This document shows, piece after piece, positions 1 to 12,260 of a DNA stretch of 64,000 nt. How positions within the stretch are numbered: the first letter of the stretch is position 1; each line of letters begins with the position of its first letter. The DNA is from Eledone cirrhosa (lineage: Eukaryota), in contig OZ024743.1 of NCBI GenBank assembly GCA_964016885.1, positions 197,036,001-197,100,000 on the forward strand, in the 5' to 3' direction. Below the pieces are notes generated by a model. It searched no databases. It had not been told where the DNA came from and was given only the letters and a program-made list of their open reading frames with translations. Made by a program: the position numbers and the translations under genes.

Positions 1-1088
1 CTACCACCACCACCACCACCACCACCACCACCACCACCACTGCCAGCACAACTACAACCTCAATAGCCACCACTTCTAATACAACAGCTACCACCACCAC
101 CACCACTGCCAGCACAACTACAACCTCAATAGCCACCACTTCTAATACAACAGCTACCACCACCACCACCACTGCCAGCACAACTACAACCTCAATAGCC
201 ACCACTTCTAATACAACAGCTACCACCACCACCACCACTGCCAGCACAACTACAACCTCAATAGCCACCACTACTAATACAACAGCTACCACCACCACCA
301 CCACTGCCACCACCACCACCACCAACACAACTACAACCTCAATAGCCACCACTACTAATGCAACAGCTACCACCACCACCACCACCACTACCACTGCCAA
401 CACAACTACAACCTCAATAGCCACCACTACTAATACAACAGCTACCACCACCACCACCACTGCCAGCACAACTACAACCTCAATAGCCACCACTTCTAAT
501 ACAACAGCTACTACCAACACTATCACCACCACCACTACCACTATAACCTCCACCATTATATAACACTGCCATAATAAAAACTACTAACACCATAACAAGT
601 ACCACCACCACCACCATCACTACTACCACCACCGCCATCATAAAAACCACCACAACCACCACCACCACAACCATGATGACAAGTACTACCACCACTACCA
701 TCCTCATAACAACTACCACCACCATCATTATCATAACTACCACCAACACCATTATCATAACTACCACCATCATCATAACAACTACCGCCACCACTACCAC
801 CACCACAACCACAACCATCATAACAACTACCACCACCACAACCATCATAACAACTACCACCACCACTACCATCATAACAACTACCACCACCACCACCACC
901 ACCACCACCATCATAACAACTACCACCACCACCACAACCATCATAACAACTACCACCACCACCACAACCATCATAACAACTACCACCACCACCATAACAA
1001 CTATCACTATCACCACCACCACCACCATAACTACCACCAGCACTACCATAACAACTACCACCACCACCACCACCACCACCACCACCAC
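1..1088. repeat. ACN-triplet low-complexity tract with 66-bp units at the left end
   Basis: ACTGCCAGCACAACTACAACCTCAATAGCC recurs at 39, 105, 171 and 237; the rest is ACC/ACT/ATC runs. Confidence 0.95.
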
Positions 1089-1534
1089 AGGATTAACAGC
1101 TAACTACATCAATGATATTTCACTTTGAACTTTTATTTTCCTTCTTTTTTTTTCTTTATGAACTGAAAGTTAACTTTATGTATTAGTGTGTGTGTGTGTG
1201 TATTTTAGAATGTGTGTATGTGTGTGTTTTAGAGGTTTGTGTGTATGTGTCTACTTTAGAGTGTTGTGTTGTGTGTATGTGTGTGTTGTGTTGTGTGTGT
1301 GTGCTGTGTGTGTATGTCTCTACTTTAGAGCGTTGTCTGTATGTATTTAGAGTGTTGTGTGTGTTTTAAAGTACTGTCTTTAGTGGTGTGTGTATGTATG
1401 TATGTTTAATGTGTGCATATTTATATGTATGTATTTATGTATGTTTAATGTACGTATGTATGTATGTATGTAAAAAGAGGGAGAAAATAAGATACAGATA
1501 GAGAGAAAAAGAAAGTGTGTGTGAAAGTGTGTGT

Positions 1535-4500
1535 GTGTGTAAGTCCAGGAGTGAGGGTGTAATAGGGAGACAGAGAGTGTGTGTGTAAGTCCAGGAGTGA
1601 GGGTGTAATAGGGAGACAGAGAGTGTGTGTGTAAGTCCAGGAGTGAGGGTGTAATAGGGAGACAGAGAGTGTGTGTGTGTAAGACCAAGAGTGAGGGTGT
1701 AATAGGGGGACAGAGAGTGTGTGTGTGTAAGACCAGGAGTGAGGGTGTAATAGGGGGACAGAGAGTGTGTGTGTGTAAGTCCAGGAGTGAGGGTGTAATA
1801 GGTAGAGAGAGAGTGTGTGTGGAAGTCCAGGAGTGAGGGTGTAATAGGGAGACAGAGAGTGTGTGTGTAAGTCCAGGAGTGAGGGTGTAATAGGGGGACA
1901 GAGAGTGTGTGTGTGTAAGTCCAGGAGTGAGGGTGTAATAGGGGGACAGAGAGTGTGTGTGTAAGTCCAGGAGTGAGGGTGTAATAGGGGGACAGAGAGT
2001 GTGTGTGTGTAAGTCCAGGAGTGAGGGTGTAATAGGGGGACAGAGAGTGTGTGTGTAAGTCCAGGAGTGAGGGTGTAATAGGGGGACAGAGAGTGTGTGT
2101 GTGTGTGTAAGTCCAAGAGTGAAGGTGTAATAGGGGGACAGAGAGTGTGTGTGTAAGTCCAGGAGTGAGGGTGTAATAGGGGGACAGAGAGAGTGTGTGT
2201 GTAAGTCCAGGAGTGAGGGTGTAATAGGGAGACAGAGAGTGTGTGTGTAAGTCCAGGAGTGAGGGTGTAATAGGGAGACAGAGAGTGTGTGTGTAAGTCC
2301 AGGAGTGAGGGTGTAATAGGGGGACAGAGAGAGTGTGTGTGTAAGTCCAGGAGTGAGGGTGTAATAGGGAGACAGAGAGTGTGTGTGTAAGTCCAGGAGT
2401 GAGGGTGTAATAGGGAGACAGAGAGTGTGTGTGTGTAAGTCCAGGAGTGAGGGTGTAATAGGGGGACAGAGAGTGTGTGTGTGTAAGTCCAGGAGTCAGG
2501 GTGTAATAGGGAGACAGAGAGTGTGTGTAAGTCCAGGAGTGAGGGTGTAATAGGGAGACAGAGAGTGTGTGTGTAAGTCCAGGAGTGAGGGTGTAATAGG
2601 GAGACAGAGAGTGTGTGTGTGTAAGACCAGGAGTGAGGGTGTAATAGGGAGAGAGAGAGTGTGTGTGGAAGTCCAGGAGTGAGGGTGTAATAGGGAGACA
2701 GAGAGTGTGTGTGTGTGTAAGTCCAGGAGTGAGGGTGTAATAGGGAGACAGAGAGTGTGTGTGTGTAAGTCCAGGAGTGAGGGTGTAATAGGGGGACAGA
2801 GAGTGTGTGTGTGTAAGTCCAGGAGTGTAATAGGGAGACAGAGAGTGTGTGTAAGTCCAGGAGTGAGGGTGTAATAGGGAGACAGAGAGTGTGTGTGTAA
2901 GTCCAGGAGTGAGGGTGTAATAGGGAGACAGAGAGTGTGTGTGTGTAAGACCAAGAGTGAGGGTGTAATAGGGAGAGAGAGAGTGTGTGTGTAAGTCCAG
3001 GAGTGAGGGTGTAATAGGGAGACAGAGTGTGTGTGTGTAAGTCCAGGAGTGAGGGTGTAATAGGGAGACAGAGAGTGTGTGTGTGTAAGTCCAGGAGTGA
3101 GGGTGTAATAGGGGGACAGAGAGTGTGTGTGTGTAAGTCCAGGAGTGAGGGTGTAATAGGGAGACAGAGAGTGTGTGTAAGTCCAGGAGTGAGGGTGTAA
3201 TAGGGGGACAGAGAGTGTGTGTAAGTCCAGGAATGAGGGTGTAATAGGGAGACAGAGAGTGTGTGTGTAAGTCCAGGAGTGAGGGTGTAATAGGGGGACA
3301 GAGAGTGTGTGTGTGTAAGTCCAGGAGTGAGGGTGTAATAGGGAGACAGAGAGTGTGTGTAAGACCAGGAGTGAGGGTGTAATAGGGAGACAGAGAGTGT
3401 GTGTAAGACCAGGAGTGAGGGTGTAATAGGGGGACAGAGAGTGTGTGTGTAAGTCCAGGAGTGAGGGTGTAATAGGGGGACAGAGAGTGTGTGTGTGTAA
3501 GTCCAGGAGTGAGGGTGTAATAGGGAGACAGAGAGTGTGTGTGTGTAAGTCCAGTAATGAGGGTGTAATAGGGAGACAGAGAGTGTGTGTGTAAGTCCAG
3601 GAGTGAGGGTGTAATAGGGGGACAGAGAGTTTGTGTGTGTAAGTCCAGGAGTGAGGGTGTAATAGGGGGACAGAGAGTTTGTGTGTGTAAGTCCAGGAGT
3701 GAGGGTGTAATAGGGGGACAGAGAGTGTGTGTGGAAGTCCAGGAGTGAGGGTGTAATAGGGGGACAGAGAGTGTGTGTGTGTAAGTCCAGGAGTGAGGGT
3801 GTAATAGGGGGACAGAGAGTGTGTGTGTGTAAGTCCAGGAGTGAGGGTGTAATAGGGGGACAGAGAGTGTGTGTGTGTAAGTCCAGGAGTGAGGGTGTAA
3901 TAGGGGGACAGAGAGTGTGTGTGTGTAAGTCCAGGAATGAGGGTGTAATAGGGGGACAGAGAGTTTGTGTGTGTAAGTCCAGGAGTGAGGGTGTAATAGG
4001 GGGACAGAGAGTTTGTGTGTGTAAGTCCAGGAGTGAGGGTGTAATAGGGGGACAGAGAGTGTGTGTGTGTAAGTCCAGGAGTGAGGGTGTAATAGGGGGA
4101 CAGAGAGTGTGTGTGTGTAAGTCCAGGGGTGAGGGTGTAATAGGGGGACAGAGAGTGTGTGTGTGTAAGTCCAGGAGTGAGGGTGTAATAGGGAGACAGA
4201 GAGTTTGTGTGTGTAAGTCCAGGAGTGAGGGTGTAATAGGGGGACAGAGAGTTTGTGTGTGTAAGTCCAGGAGTGAGGGTGTAATAGGGGGACAGAGAGT
4301 GTGTGTGTGTAAGTCCAGGAGTGAGGGTGTAATAGGGGGACAGAGAGTTTGTGTGTGTAAGTCCAGGAGTGAGGGTGTAATAGGGGGACAGAGAGTGTGT
4401 GTGTGTAAGTCCAGGAGTGAGGGTGTAATAGGGGGACAGAGAGTGTGTGTGTGTAAGTCCAGGAGTGAGGGTGTAATAGGGGGACAGAGAGTGTGTGTGT

Positions 4501-7500
4501 GTAAGTCCAGGAGTGAGGGTGTAATAGGGGGACAGAGAGTGTGTGTGTGTAAGTCCAGGAATGAGGGTGTAATAGGGGGACAGAGAGTTTGTGTGTGTAA
4601 GTCCAGGAGTGAGGGTGTAATAGGGGGACAGAGAGTTTGTGTGTGTAAGTCCAGGAGTGAGGGTGTAATAGGGGGACAGAGAGTGTGTGTGTGTAAGTCC
4701 AGGAGTGAGGGTGTAATAGGGGGACAGAGAGTGTGTGTGTGTAAGTCCAGGGGTGAGGGTGTAATAGGGGGACAGAGAGTGTGTGTGTGTAAGTCCAGGA
4801 GTGAGGGTGTAATAGGGAGACAGAGAGTTTGTGTGTGTAAGTCCAGGAGTGAGGGTGTAATAGGGGGACAGAGAGTTTGTGTGTGTAAGTCCAGGAGTGA
4901 GGGTGTAATAGGGGGACAGAGAGTGTGTGTGTGTAAGTCCAGGGGTGAGGGTGTAATAGGGGGACAGAGAGTGTGTGTGTGTAAGTCCAGGAGTGAGGGT
5001 GTAATAGGGAGACAGAGAGTGTGTGTAAGACCAGGAGTGAGGGTGTAATAGGGAGACAGAGAGTGTGTGTAAGTCCAGGAATGAGGGTGTAATAGGGAGA
5101 CAGAGAGTGTGTGTAAGACCAGGAGTGAGGGTGTAATAGGGAGACAGAGAGTGTGTGTAAGTCCAGGAATGAGGGTGTAATAGGGAGACAGAGAGTGTGT
5201 GTGTAAGTCCAGGAGTGAGGGTGTAATAGGGGGACAGAGAGTGTGTGTGTGTAAGTCCAGGAGTGAGGGTGTAATAGGGGGACAGAGAGTGTGTGTGTGT
5301 GTGTAAGTCCAAGAGTGAGGGTGTAATAGGGGGACAGAGAGTGTGTGTGTAAGTCCAGGAGTGAGGGTGTAATAGGGAGACAGAGAGTGTGTGTAAGTCC
5401 AGGAGTGAGGGTGTAATAGGGAGACAGAGAGTGTGTGTGTGTAAGTCCAGGAGTGAGGGTGTAATTGGGGGACAGAGAGTGTGTGTGTGTAAGTCCAGGA
5501 GTGAGGGTGTAATAGGGAGACAGAGAGTGTGTGTAAGTCCAGGAGTGAGGGTGTAATAGGGAGACAGAGAGTGTGTGTGTGTAAGTCCAGGAGTGAGGGT
5601 GTAATAGGGGGACAGAGAGTGTGTGTGTGTAAGTCCAGGAGTGAGGGTGTAATAGGGGGACAGAGAGTGTGTGTGTAAGTCCAGGAGTGAGGGTGTAATA
5701 GGGAGACAGAGAGTGTGTGTGTAAGTCCAGGAGTGAGGGTGTAATAGGGAGACAGAGAGTGTGTGTGTGTAAGTCCAGGAGTGAGGGTGTAATAGGGGGA
5801 CAGAGAGTGTGTGTGTAAGTCCAGGAATGAGGGTGTAATAGGGAGACAGAGAGTGTGTGTGTGTAAGTCCAGGAGTGAGGGTGTAATAGGGGGACAGAGA
5901 GTGTGTGTGTGTAAGTCCAGGAGTGAGGGTGTAATAGGGAGACAGAGAGTGTGTGTGTGTAAGTCCAGGAGTGAGGGTGTAATAGGGGACAGAGAGTGTG
6001 TGTAAGTCCAGGAGTGAGGGTGTAATAGGGGGACAGAGAGTGTGTGTGTGTAAGTCCAGGAGTGAGGGTGTAATAGGGAGACAGAGAGTGTGTGTGTGTA
6101 AGTCCAGGAGTGAGGGTGTAATAGGGAGACAGAGAGTGTGTGTGTAAGTCCAGGAGTGAGGGTGTAATAGGGAGACAGAGAGTGTGTGTGTAAGTCCAGG
6201 AGTGAGGGTGTAATAGGGAGACAGAGAGTGTGTGTGTGTAAGTCCAGGAGTGAGGGTGTAATAGGGGGACAGAGAGTGTGTGTGTGTAAGTCCAGGAGTG
6301 AGGGTGTAATAGGGGGACAGAGAGTGTGTGTGTGTAAGTCCAGGAGTGAGGGTGTAATAGGGAGACAGAGAGTGTGTGTGTAAGTCCAGGAATGAGGGTG
6401 TAATAGGGAGACAGAGAGTGTGTGTGTGTAAGTCCAGGAGTGAGGGTGTAATAGGGAGACAGAGAGTGTGGGTGTGTAAGTCCAGGAGTGAGGGTGTAAT
6501 AGGGAGACAGAGAGAGTGTGTGTGTAAGTCCAGGAGTGAGGGTGTAATAGGGAGACAGAGAGTGTGTGTGTGTAAGTCCAGGAGTGAGGGTGTAATAGGG
6601 GACAGAGAGTGTGTGTAAGTCCAGGAGTGAGGGTGTAATAGGGGGACAGAGAGTGTGTGTGTGTAAGTCCAGGAGTGAGGGTGTAATAGGGAGACAGAGA
6701 GTGTGTGTGTGTAAGTCCAGGAGTGAGGGTGTAATAGGGGGACAGAGAGTGTGTGTGTGTAAGTCCAGGAGTGAGGGTGTAATAGGGGGACAGAGAGTGT
6801 GTGTGTGTAAGTCCAGGAGTGAGGGTGTAATAGGGGGACAGAGAGTGTGTGTGTGTAAGTCCAGGAGTGAGGGTGTAATAGGGAGACAGAGAGTGTGTGT
6901 GTGTAAGTCCAGGAGTGAGGGTGTAATAGGGGGACAGAGAGTGTGTGTGTGTAAGTCCAGGAGTGAGGGTGTAATAGGGAGACAGAGAGTGTGTGTGTGT
7001 AAGTCCAGGAGTGAGGGTGTAATAGGGGGACAGAGAGTGTGTGTGTGTAAGTCCAGGAGTGAGGGTGTAATAGGGAGACAGAGAGTGTGTGTAAGTCCAG
7101 GAATGAGGGTGTAATAGGGAGACAGAGAGTGTGTGTGTAAGTCCAGGAATGAGGGTGTAATAGGGGGACAGAGAGTGTGTGTGTGTAAGTCCAGGAGTGA
7201 GGGTGTAATAGGGAGACAGAGAGTGTGTGTGTGTAAGTCCAGGAGTGAGGGTGTAATAGGGAGACAGAGAGTGTGTGTGTGTAAGTCCAGGAGTGAGGGT
7301 GTAATAGGGGGACAGAGAGTGTGTGTGTGTAAGTCCAGGAGTGAGGGTGTAATAGGGAGACAGAGAGTGTGTGTGTAAGTCCAGGAATGAGGGTGTAATA
7401 GGGGGACAGAGAGTGTGTGTGTGTAAGTCCAGGAGTGAGGGTGTAATAGGGAGACAGAGTGTGTGTGTGTGTGTGTAAGTCCAGGAGTGAGGGTGTAATA

Positions 7501-8030
7501 GGGAGACAGAGAGTGTGTGTGTAAGTCCAGGAGTGAGGGTGTAATAGGGAGACAGAGAGTGTGTGTGTGTAAGTCCAGGAGTGAGGGTGTAATAGGGGGA
7601 AAGAGAGTGTGTGTGTGTAAGTCCAGGAGTGAGGGTGTAATAGGGAGACAGAGAGTGTGTGTGTAAGTCCAGGAGTGAGGGTGTAATAGGGAGACAGAGA
7701 GTGTGTGTGTGTAAGTCCAGGAGTGAGGGTGTAATAGGGGGAAAGAGAGTGTGTGTGTGTAAGTCCAGGAGTGAGGGTGTAATAGGGAGACAGAGTGTGT
7801 GTGTGTGTAAGTCCAGGAGTGAGGGTGTAATAGGGAGACAGAGAGTGTGTGTAAGTCCAGGAGTAAGGGTGTAATAGGGAGACAGAGAGTGTGTGTGTAA
7901 GTCCAGGAGTGAGGGTGTAATAGGGGGACAGAGAGTGTGTGTAAGTCCAGGAGTGAGGGTGTAATAGGGAGACAGAGAGTGTGTGTGTGCAGGTCCAGGA
8001 GTGAGGGTGTAATAGGGAGACAGAGTGTAT
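1535..8030. repeat. About 6.5-kb G-rich minisatellite, unit GTAAGTCCAGGAGTGAGGGTGTAATAGGGRGACAGAGA(GT)n, mostly 44-52 bp
   Basis: Directly visible tandem array of roughly 140 units; it explains the 1800-2300 aa minus-strand ORFs. Confidence 0.98.
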
Positions 8031-8128
8031 GTGCACATGTGTTTGTCTGTGTGTGTGATAGATGAGAGAGAACTAGAGACACGGCAAGTGTATGTGCGTG
8101 AACATATGTATGTGTGATCAGAGACGGG

Positions 8129-8129
<1 letters not shown>

Positions 8130-8201
<72 letters not shown>

Positions 8202-8253
8202 CAAGTATTTGTGAACGTGTGTGCATGTGTGTATGTCTGTATATCAGCATATG

Positions 8254-8320
<67 letters not shown>
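8130..8320. repeat. (GA)n and (GT)n microsatellites
   Basis: Direct. Confidence 0.95.
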
Positions 8321-8328
<8 letters not shown>

Positions 8329-8419
8329 GTGTATGAGTGTGTGTGTATGAGTGTATGTGTGTATGCAAATGTGTGTGTATGTGTGTGTCTTGATCTCTGC
8401 TTCCCCTTTTCCCTTGCAG

Positions 8420-8501
8420 GGAACATAATTTCCAACTCTTGGTCGGAGACATCCAACAAGATCTTGTAGAGCTACAGCAGTACTTGCAGAGCAGTATGTA
8501 G
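8420..8501 (+). CDS. Candidate short coding exon (EHNFQLLVGDIQQDLVELQQYLQSSM*), gene unidentified
   Basis: Strong acceptor TCTCTGCTTCCCCTTTTCCCTTGCAG|G; open frame to TAG at 8499-8501, or a donor GTATGT at 8494; AATAAA at 8565. No homology recognised. Confidence 0.4.
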
Positions 8502-9288
8502 TGCTGTAGTGGATCTATATAGTTTTAACAACAGTTAGACCCTTTCAGGCAGTGTTTTCCACTGAATAAACAAATCTACAAATCTACTGAAGTATACAGC
8601 AACAAGAAGCCAAGAAGCCACCTTGTGGACATACTTTACTTCCAGACTGACACTATCTGAGCATCTTTAATATTTCTGGTAGGTAAAAAGAAAGAGAGAG
8701 AAAAAAAATCATTAAAAAAAAAACGTAAAAAAAAACAAAAAAACGTAACAAATAAAAAAAAAAAAAAAAGATCAGAGAGAAACTGTGGTTGCTAGTCTGC
8801 TAAAAGCTATGCAAGAACATGTATCTAAAAATATAGATTTCGTGTTGTCACAGCAAGAATATTGAAATAATATTTTTCTTATGGAACATTTTATGATTAT
8901 GATTATTATTATTTTTAATACCAAGGCAATGTTTCCTGTATAACAACAACTAGTGACCTTTATGTTTAGGGAACAGCATCTTGAACAGCAGATAATTCTA
9001 GCTAAGGTTCCTTCCAATGGAAACGGTTCCAGTTGTTTTGGATGTCATCCCCCTCTCTAGAATTATTCTCATTATACACTAACTTACAAGGCATGGATGT
9101 GTTGTGGAAGAATTAAAAAAAAAAAAAAATATTATCGAATAGTGACAGTACAGATGCACACACATATATATGTATGTTTGTATGTGTGTGTGAAGATATA
9201 TATATATATATATATATAAAATAAACACATCAAACAATTACAGGGGATAATTTGTAATATAAATATACACATATATATATATATATAT

Positions 9289-9321
<33 letters not shown>

Positions 9322-9539
9322 CATATATTGAAAGAGTGAAAAATAACATGATTACCTATAACGATAATTTGTTATCCCATATATATATACATATATACAT
9401 ATATATATACATATATACATATATACATATATATATACATATATATATACATATATACATATATATACATATATATATCCCATATATATATACATATATA
9501 CATATATATACATATATGTCTATATATACATATATATAA

Positions 9540-9731
9540 TAATTGTTTCTACTTTTGGCACAAGGCCACCAATTATCCCAGTGCATTACTGGTACTTTAT
9601 TTTATCGACCCCGTAAGGATGAAAGGCAAAGTTAACCTCGATGGGATTTAAACTCAGAATGGCAAGGGCCTTAACTCTATGCTGAAAAGCATGGCGTCCG
9701 ACCCTCTACCGATACTGCCAATCCACCGCCC
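9540..9731 (-). mobile_element. tRNA-derived SINE, family A
   Basis: Reverse complement of the copy at 56808-57003: TGGCAGTATCGG A-box-like, GAGTTYAAATCC B-box-like, core TTCATCCTTACGGGGTCGATAAAATAAAGTACCAG. Confidence 0.9.
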
Positions 9732-9971
9732 TACATATATATAATAATAGTGATATTTATGAGAGTAAATTTTACTCATTTACTAAGTGTATTTTAGCTC
9801 AATGCTTTGACAGGATCAAGCAGAGCCAGTGTATAATTACAATGTGTGTATATTTTAATATATATAACCAACAACCTGTTATTTTGACCTACGACTTAAT
9901 TAGATCAGTGATATATATTATCTGTTCTTCTTAAATGATTTGTATTGATATTGTATTAATCGTTTTGGATT

Positions 9972-10086
9972 TTAATTAAACTCTGATGATTCCTTTAGTT
10001 TATGCTAACTAATAGCAAATTGTTAAATAAAATAATTTGCTGACTTTGGTATATTACTATAGGGAGAAACTTTTGTAGGTGATTAA
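9972..10086 (+). ncRNA. Type I hammerhead ribozyme-like motif with long stem II
   Basis: CTGATGA at 9983-9989, pairable 76-nt stem II, GAAAC-TTTT-GTA at 10066-10077, stem I TTAATT..ACT/GGTGATTAA; folded by eye. Confidence 0.7.
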
Positions 10087-10147
10087 ATGTCTTGAACCTT
10101 TAATTTGGGTTAAAAAAAGCACATTGTAATTATATATATATATATAT

Positions 10148-10239
10148 CAGATAGGGTGTGGTAAAAAACCAAGTGGACCATACCCCACGAAAGTACTCAA
10201 TACTTGGGGTAGTAGAGTGGGTAGTAAGGGCTCCTGAAT

Positions 10240-10240
<1 letters not shown>
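10148..10240 (-). mobile_element. Short element in a (TA)n tract carrying the shared AGTACTCAATACTT.GGGTAGTAGAG motif (possibly Penelope-like end)
   Basis: Same motif near 53215, 53990, 55960, 57087 and 58170. Confidence 0.55.
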
Positions 10241-10273
<33 letters not shown>

Positions 10274-10418
10274 CCCATGCTAGCATGGATAATGAACGTT
10301 AAATGATGATGAAGATGATAAGAGATGTCAACATGAATGGACCTATTATTTTTATCTAAAGACATTTTTTCCAATTCCATCCCGCCCGACCCCTTAATCT
10401 ATTTTATTTCTCATTCTT

Positions 10419-10454
10419 TCTTCTGATGAAGGACTAGTGTTTGAAACGTTAAGA
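10419..10454 (+). ncRNA. Minimal type I hammerhead-like motif
   Basis: TCTT-CTGATGA-AGG(ACTAGTG)TTT-GAAAC-GTT-AAGA. Confidence 0.55.
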
Positions 10455-10619
10455 CCCTCTTCCTGCTATATCAAGTGTTAACCTAATATATACCTTCCAT
10501 ATACTGTACCGATTGTGTTGTTATTTCTGTTTACCTTTTACATACATATATATATATATAACCAATGCTAGCATCGAAAATGGATGTTAAATGATGATGA
10601 AGATGATATATATATATAT

Positions 10620-10955
10620 CCCACCAGACAGTCCTATGCGAGCAAGACAGCCACTCTTGCCTCAAGTGGGAAAACTCCCGTCCAAACCCATGCAAGCGTG
10701 GAATATGGACGTTAAACGATGATGATGATGATCATCATCATCATCTTCATCTTTCATCCGTTTTTCCACACTAGCATGGCATGGATGAGTCCTTTCAGCA
10801 CAGCATTTATCTACTCATTGCATTCCTTTGCCATCACCTCTTTAAATCTCAGCGATTGGAGTTCAGCTCTCACCATCTCTGCCCAGGTGTTCCTGTGTTT
10901 ACCTCTACTGTGGCTTCTTTCTACTGGGATTTACTGGCACTTCTTCACCCAGTGA
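10620..10955. mobile_element. Two RTE 3'-end fragments arranged tail to tail
   Basis: CCCATGCAAGCGTGG..GGACGTTAAA(TGA)n on +, followed by (TCA)n..CTAGCATGG and an RTE C-terminal remnant on -. Confidence 0.75.
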
Positions 10956-11689
10956 TTATTCTTATATAACTAATAACAGTTATACCTGATATCTATGCCT
11001 AGCATAATATATGTTGCCTCTAATATCATCTATATCTATAATAATATAACATAACTTTTACTTTATCTGATATTTTTTATATTTAACATGGTGTATGTTA
11101 TTTCTGATAACATCAATATTTACCATTGCAAATATATCTGATATCTACATTCACTAACATTGCATATAACATATTTTATATCTATTATATCTAATATAAT
11201 ATCTATTATTTCTCAATTTCACTATCTTATATATAATAGCATTTATCAGTTCTGATATGTACTATATCTACAATAATATCATTTCTGATATCTTCTATAT
11301 CTAAATAGTGCATCTATGATTTCTGATAACTTCTATATCAAACACATATACAAACACTTAATATATCTGATATCTTCTTTATTTAAACATAACAACTATC
11401 AGATCATATATTATCTATATCTAGCACAACATCTAACATATCTGGTATCTTCTATATTTAATATTGCATATATTGTTTTTGATATCATCTATATCTAACA
11501 TAGCAGTACCATTTTTGATATAGGTAGATATAGAACCTTCTAAAGTACCAATCCTTTTTTTTTTTGTCATCAATGGTGGGCACTTCACTAAAGGTAAATG
11601 TAGACCAATGGTAATGTGGGAAGATTTCAGGATGCTGGTTCCTCTAAATTAGATGAGGAAGGTTTTTGCGCCTAAATTAGAAACTTCTG

Positions 11690-12260
11690 AGATTGGTGAA
11701 ATTAATGGTATATGTTCAGTTTTCAATGTCTGTGAAACGGGAGACGAGAGAGATTGCTCTAATTATAGAGAAATCTCCTTGAATCTAAGGTAACTGACGA
11801 ACAGTGTAGTTTTCACCCTAGACATAGCACAGCCAAACAGATAGTCACTGAAATTGATGTTGGCTGGGAGGAAATTCCAGAGGGCTGACAACTCTGGGAA
11901 GGAAGGATTGAGTGATGCCCATAGCCTTCATGAGATTGATGAAACTGAGATGGTATATGTTCAGCTTTCAATGTGTAAAACTGTGTGGTTTTTCACCCCA
12001 GACAAAGCACAGTCAAACAGATATTCATTGAAATTGATGTCAGCTGAGAGGAAATTCCAGAGGGCTCATAACTCTGGGAAGGAAGGATTGGGGGATAAAA
12101 TTGTTTAGGGTGGGACTTGGAGTGAGTAAAACATAGCAGGAGTAGCTAGAGGAGGTGAAGTAGGTGGGTTTGAATTTAGCAGGTATACAACTAAGTGTTT
12201 CAAAGTAGCAGAGGTCATTGTGGTAGTGATAACTAGGACAACAAGGGGAGACACCATGTC
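11690..12260 (-). mobile_element. Decayed CR1/L2-like LINE 3' fragment with a local duplication
   Basis: Minus strand reads QSFLPRV..(frameshift)LWNFL twice, resembling the SFFPRT..LWNxLP C-terminal motif; 11810-11910 is repeated at 11990-12090. Confidence 0.55.

Noticed and set aside
1535-8030. CRISPR-like array
   Set aside because: The variable part is only (GT)n length; no unique spacers, no cas genes, eukaryotic context.
1435-8452. 1800-2300 aa minus-strand ORFs
   Set aside because: All three frames are open and cycle the same three peptides: a stop-free repeat strand with frame-shifting unit lengths.
8577-8632. Signal-peptide-like MSTRWLLGFLLLYTSVDL on minus strand
   Set aside because: Stops after 18 codons with no convincing donor before the stop.
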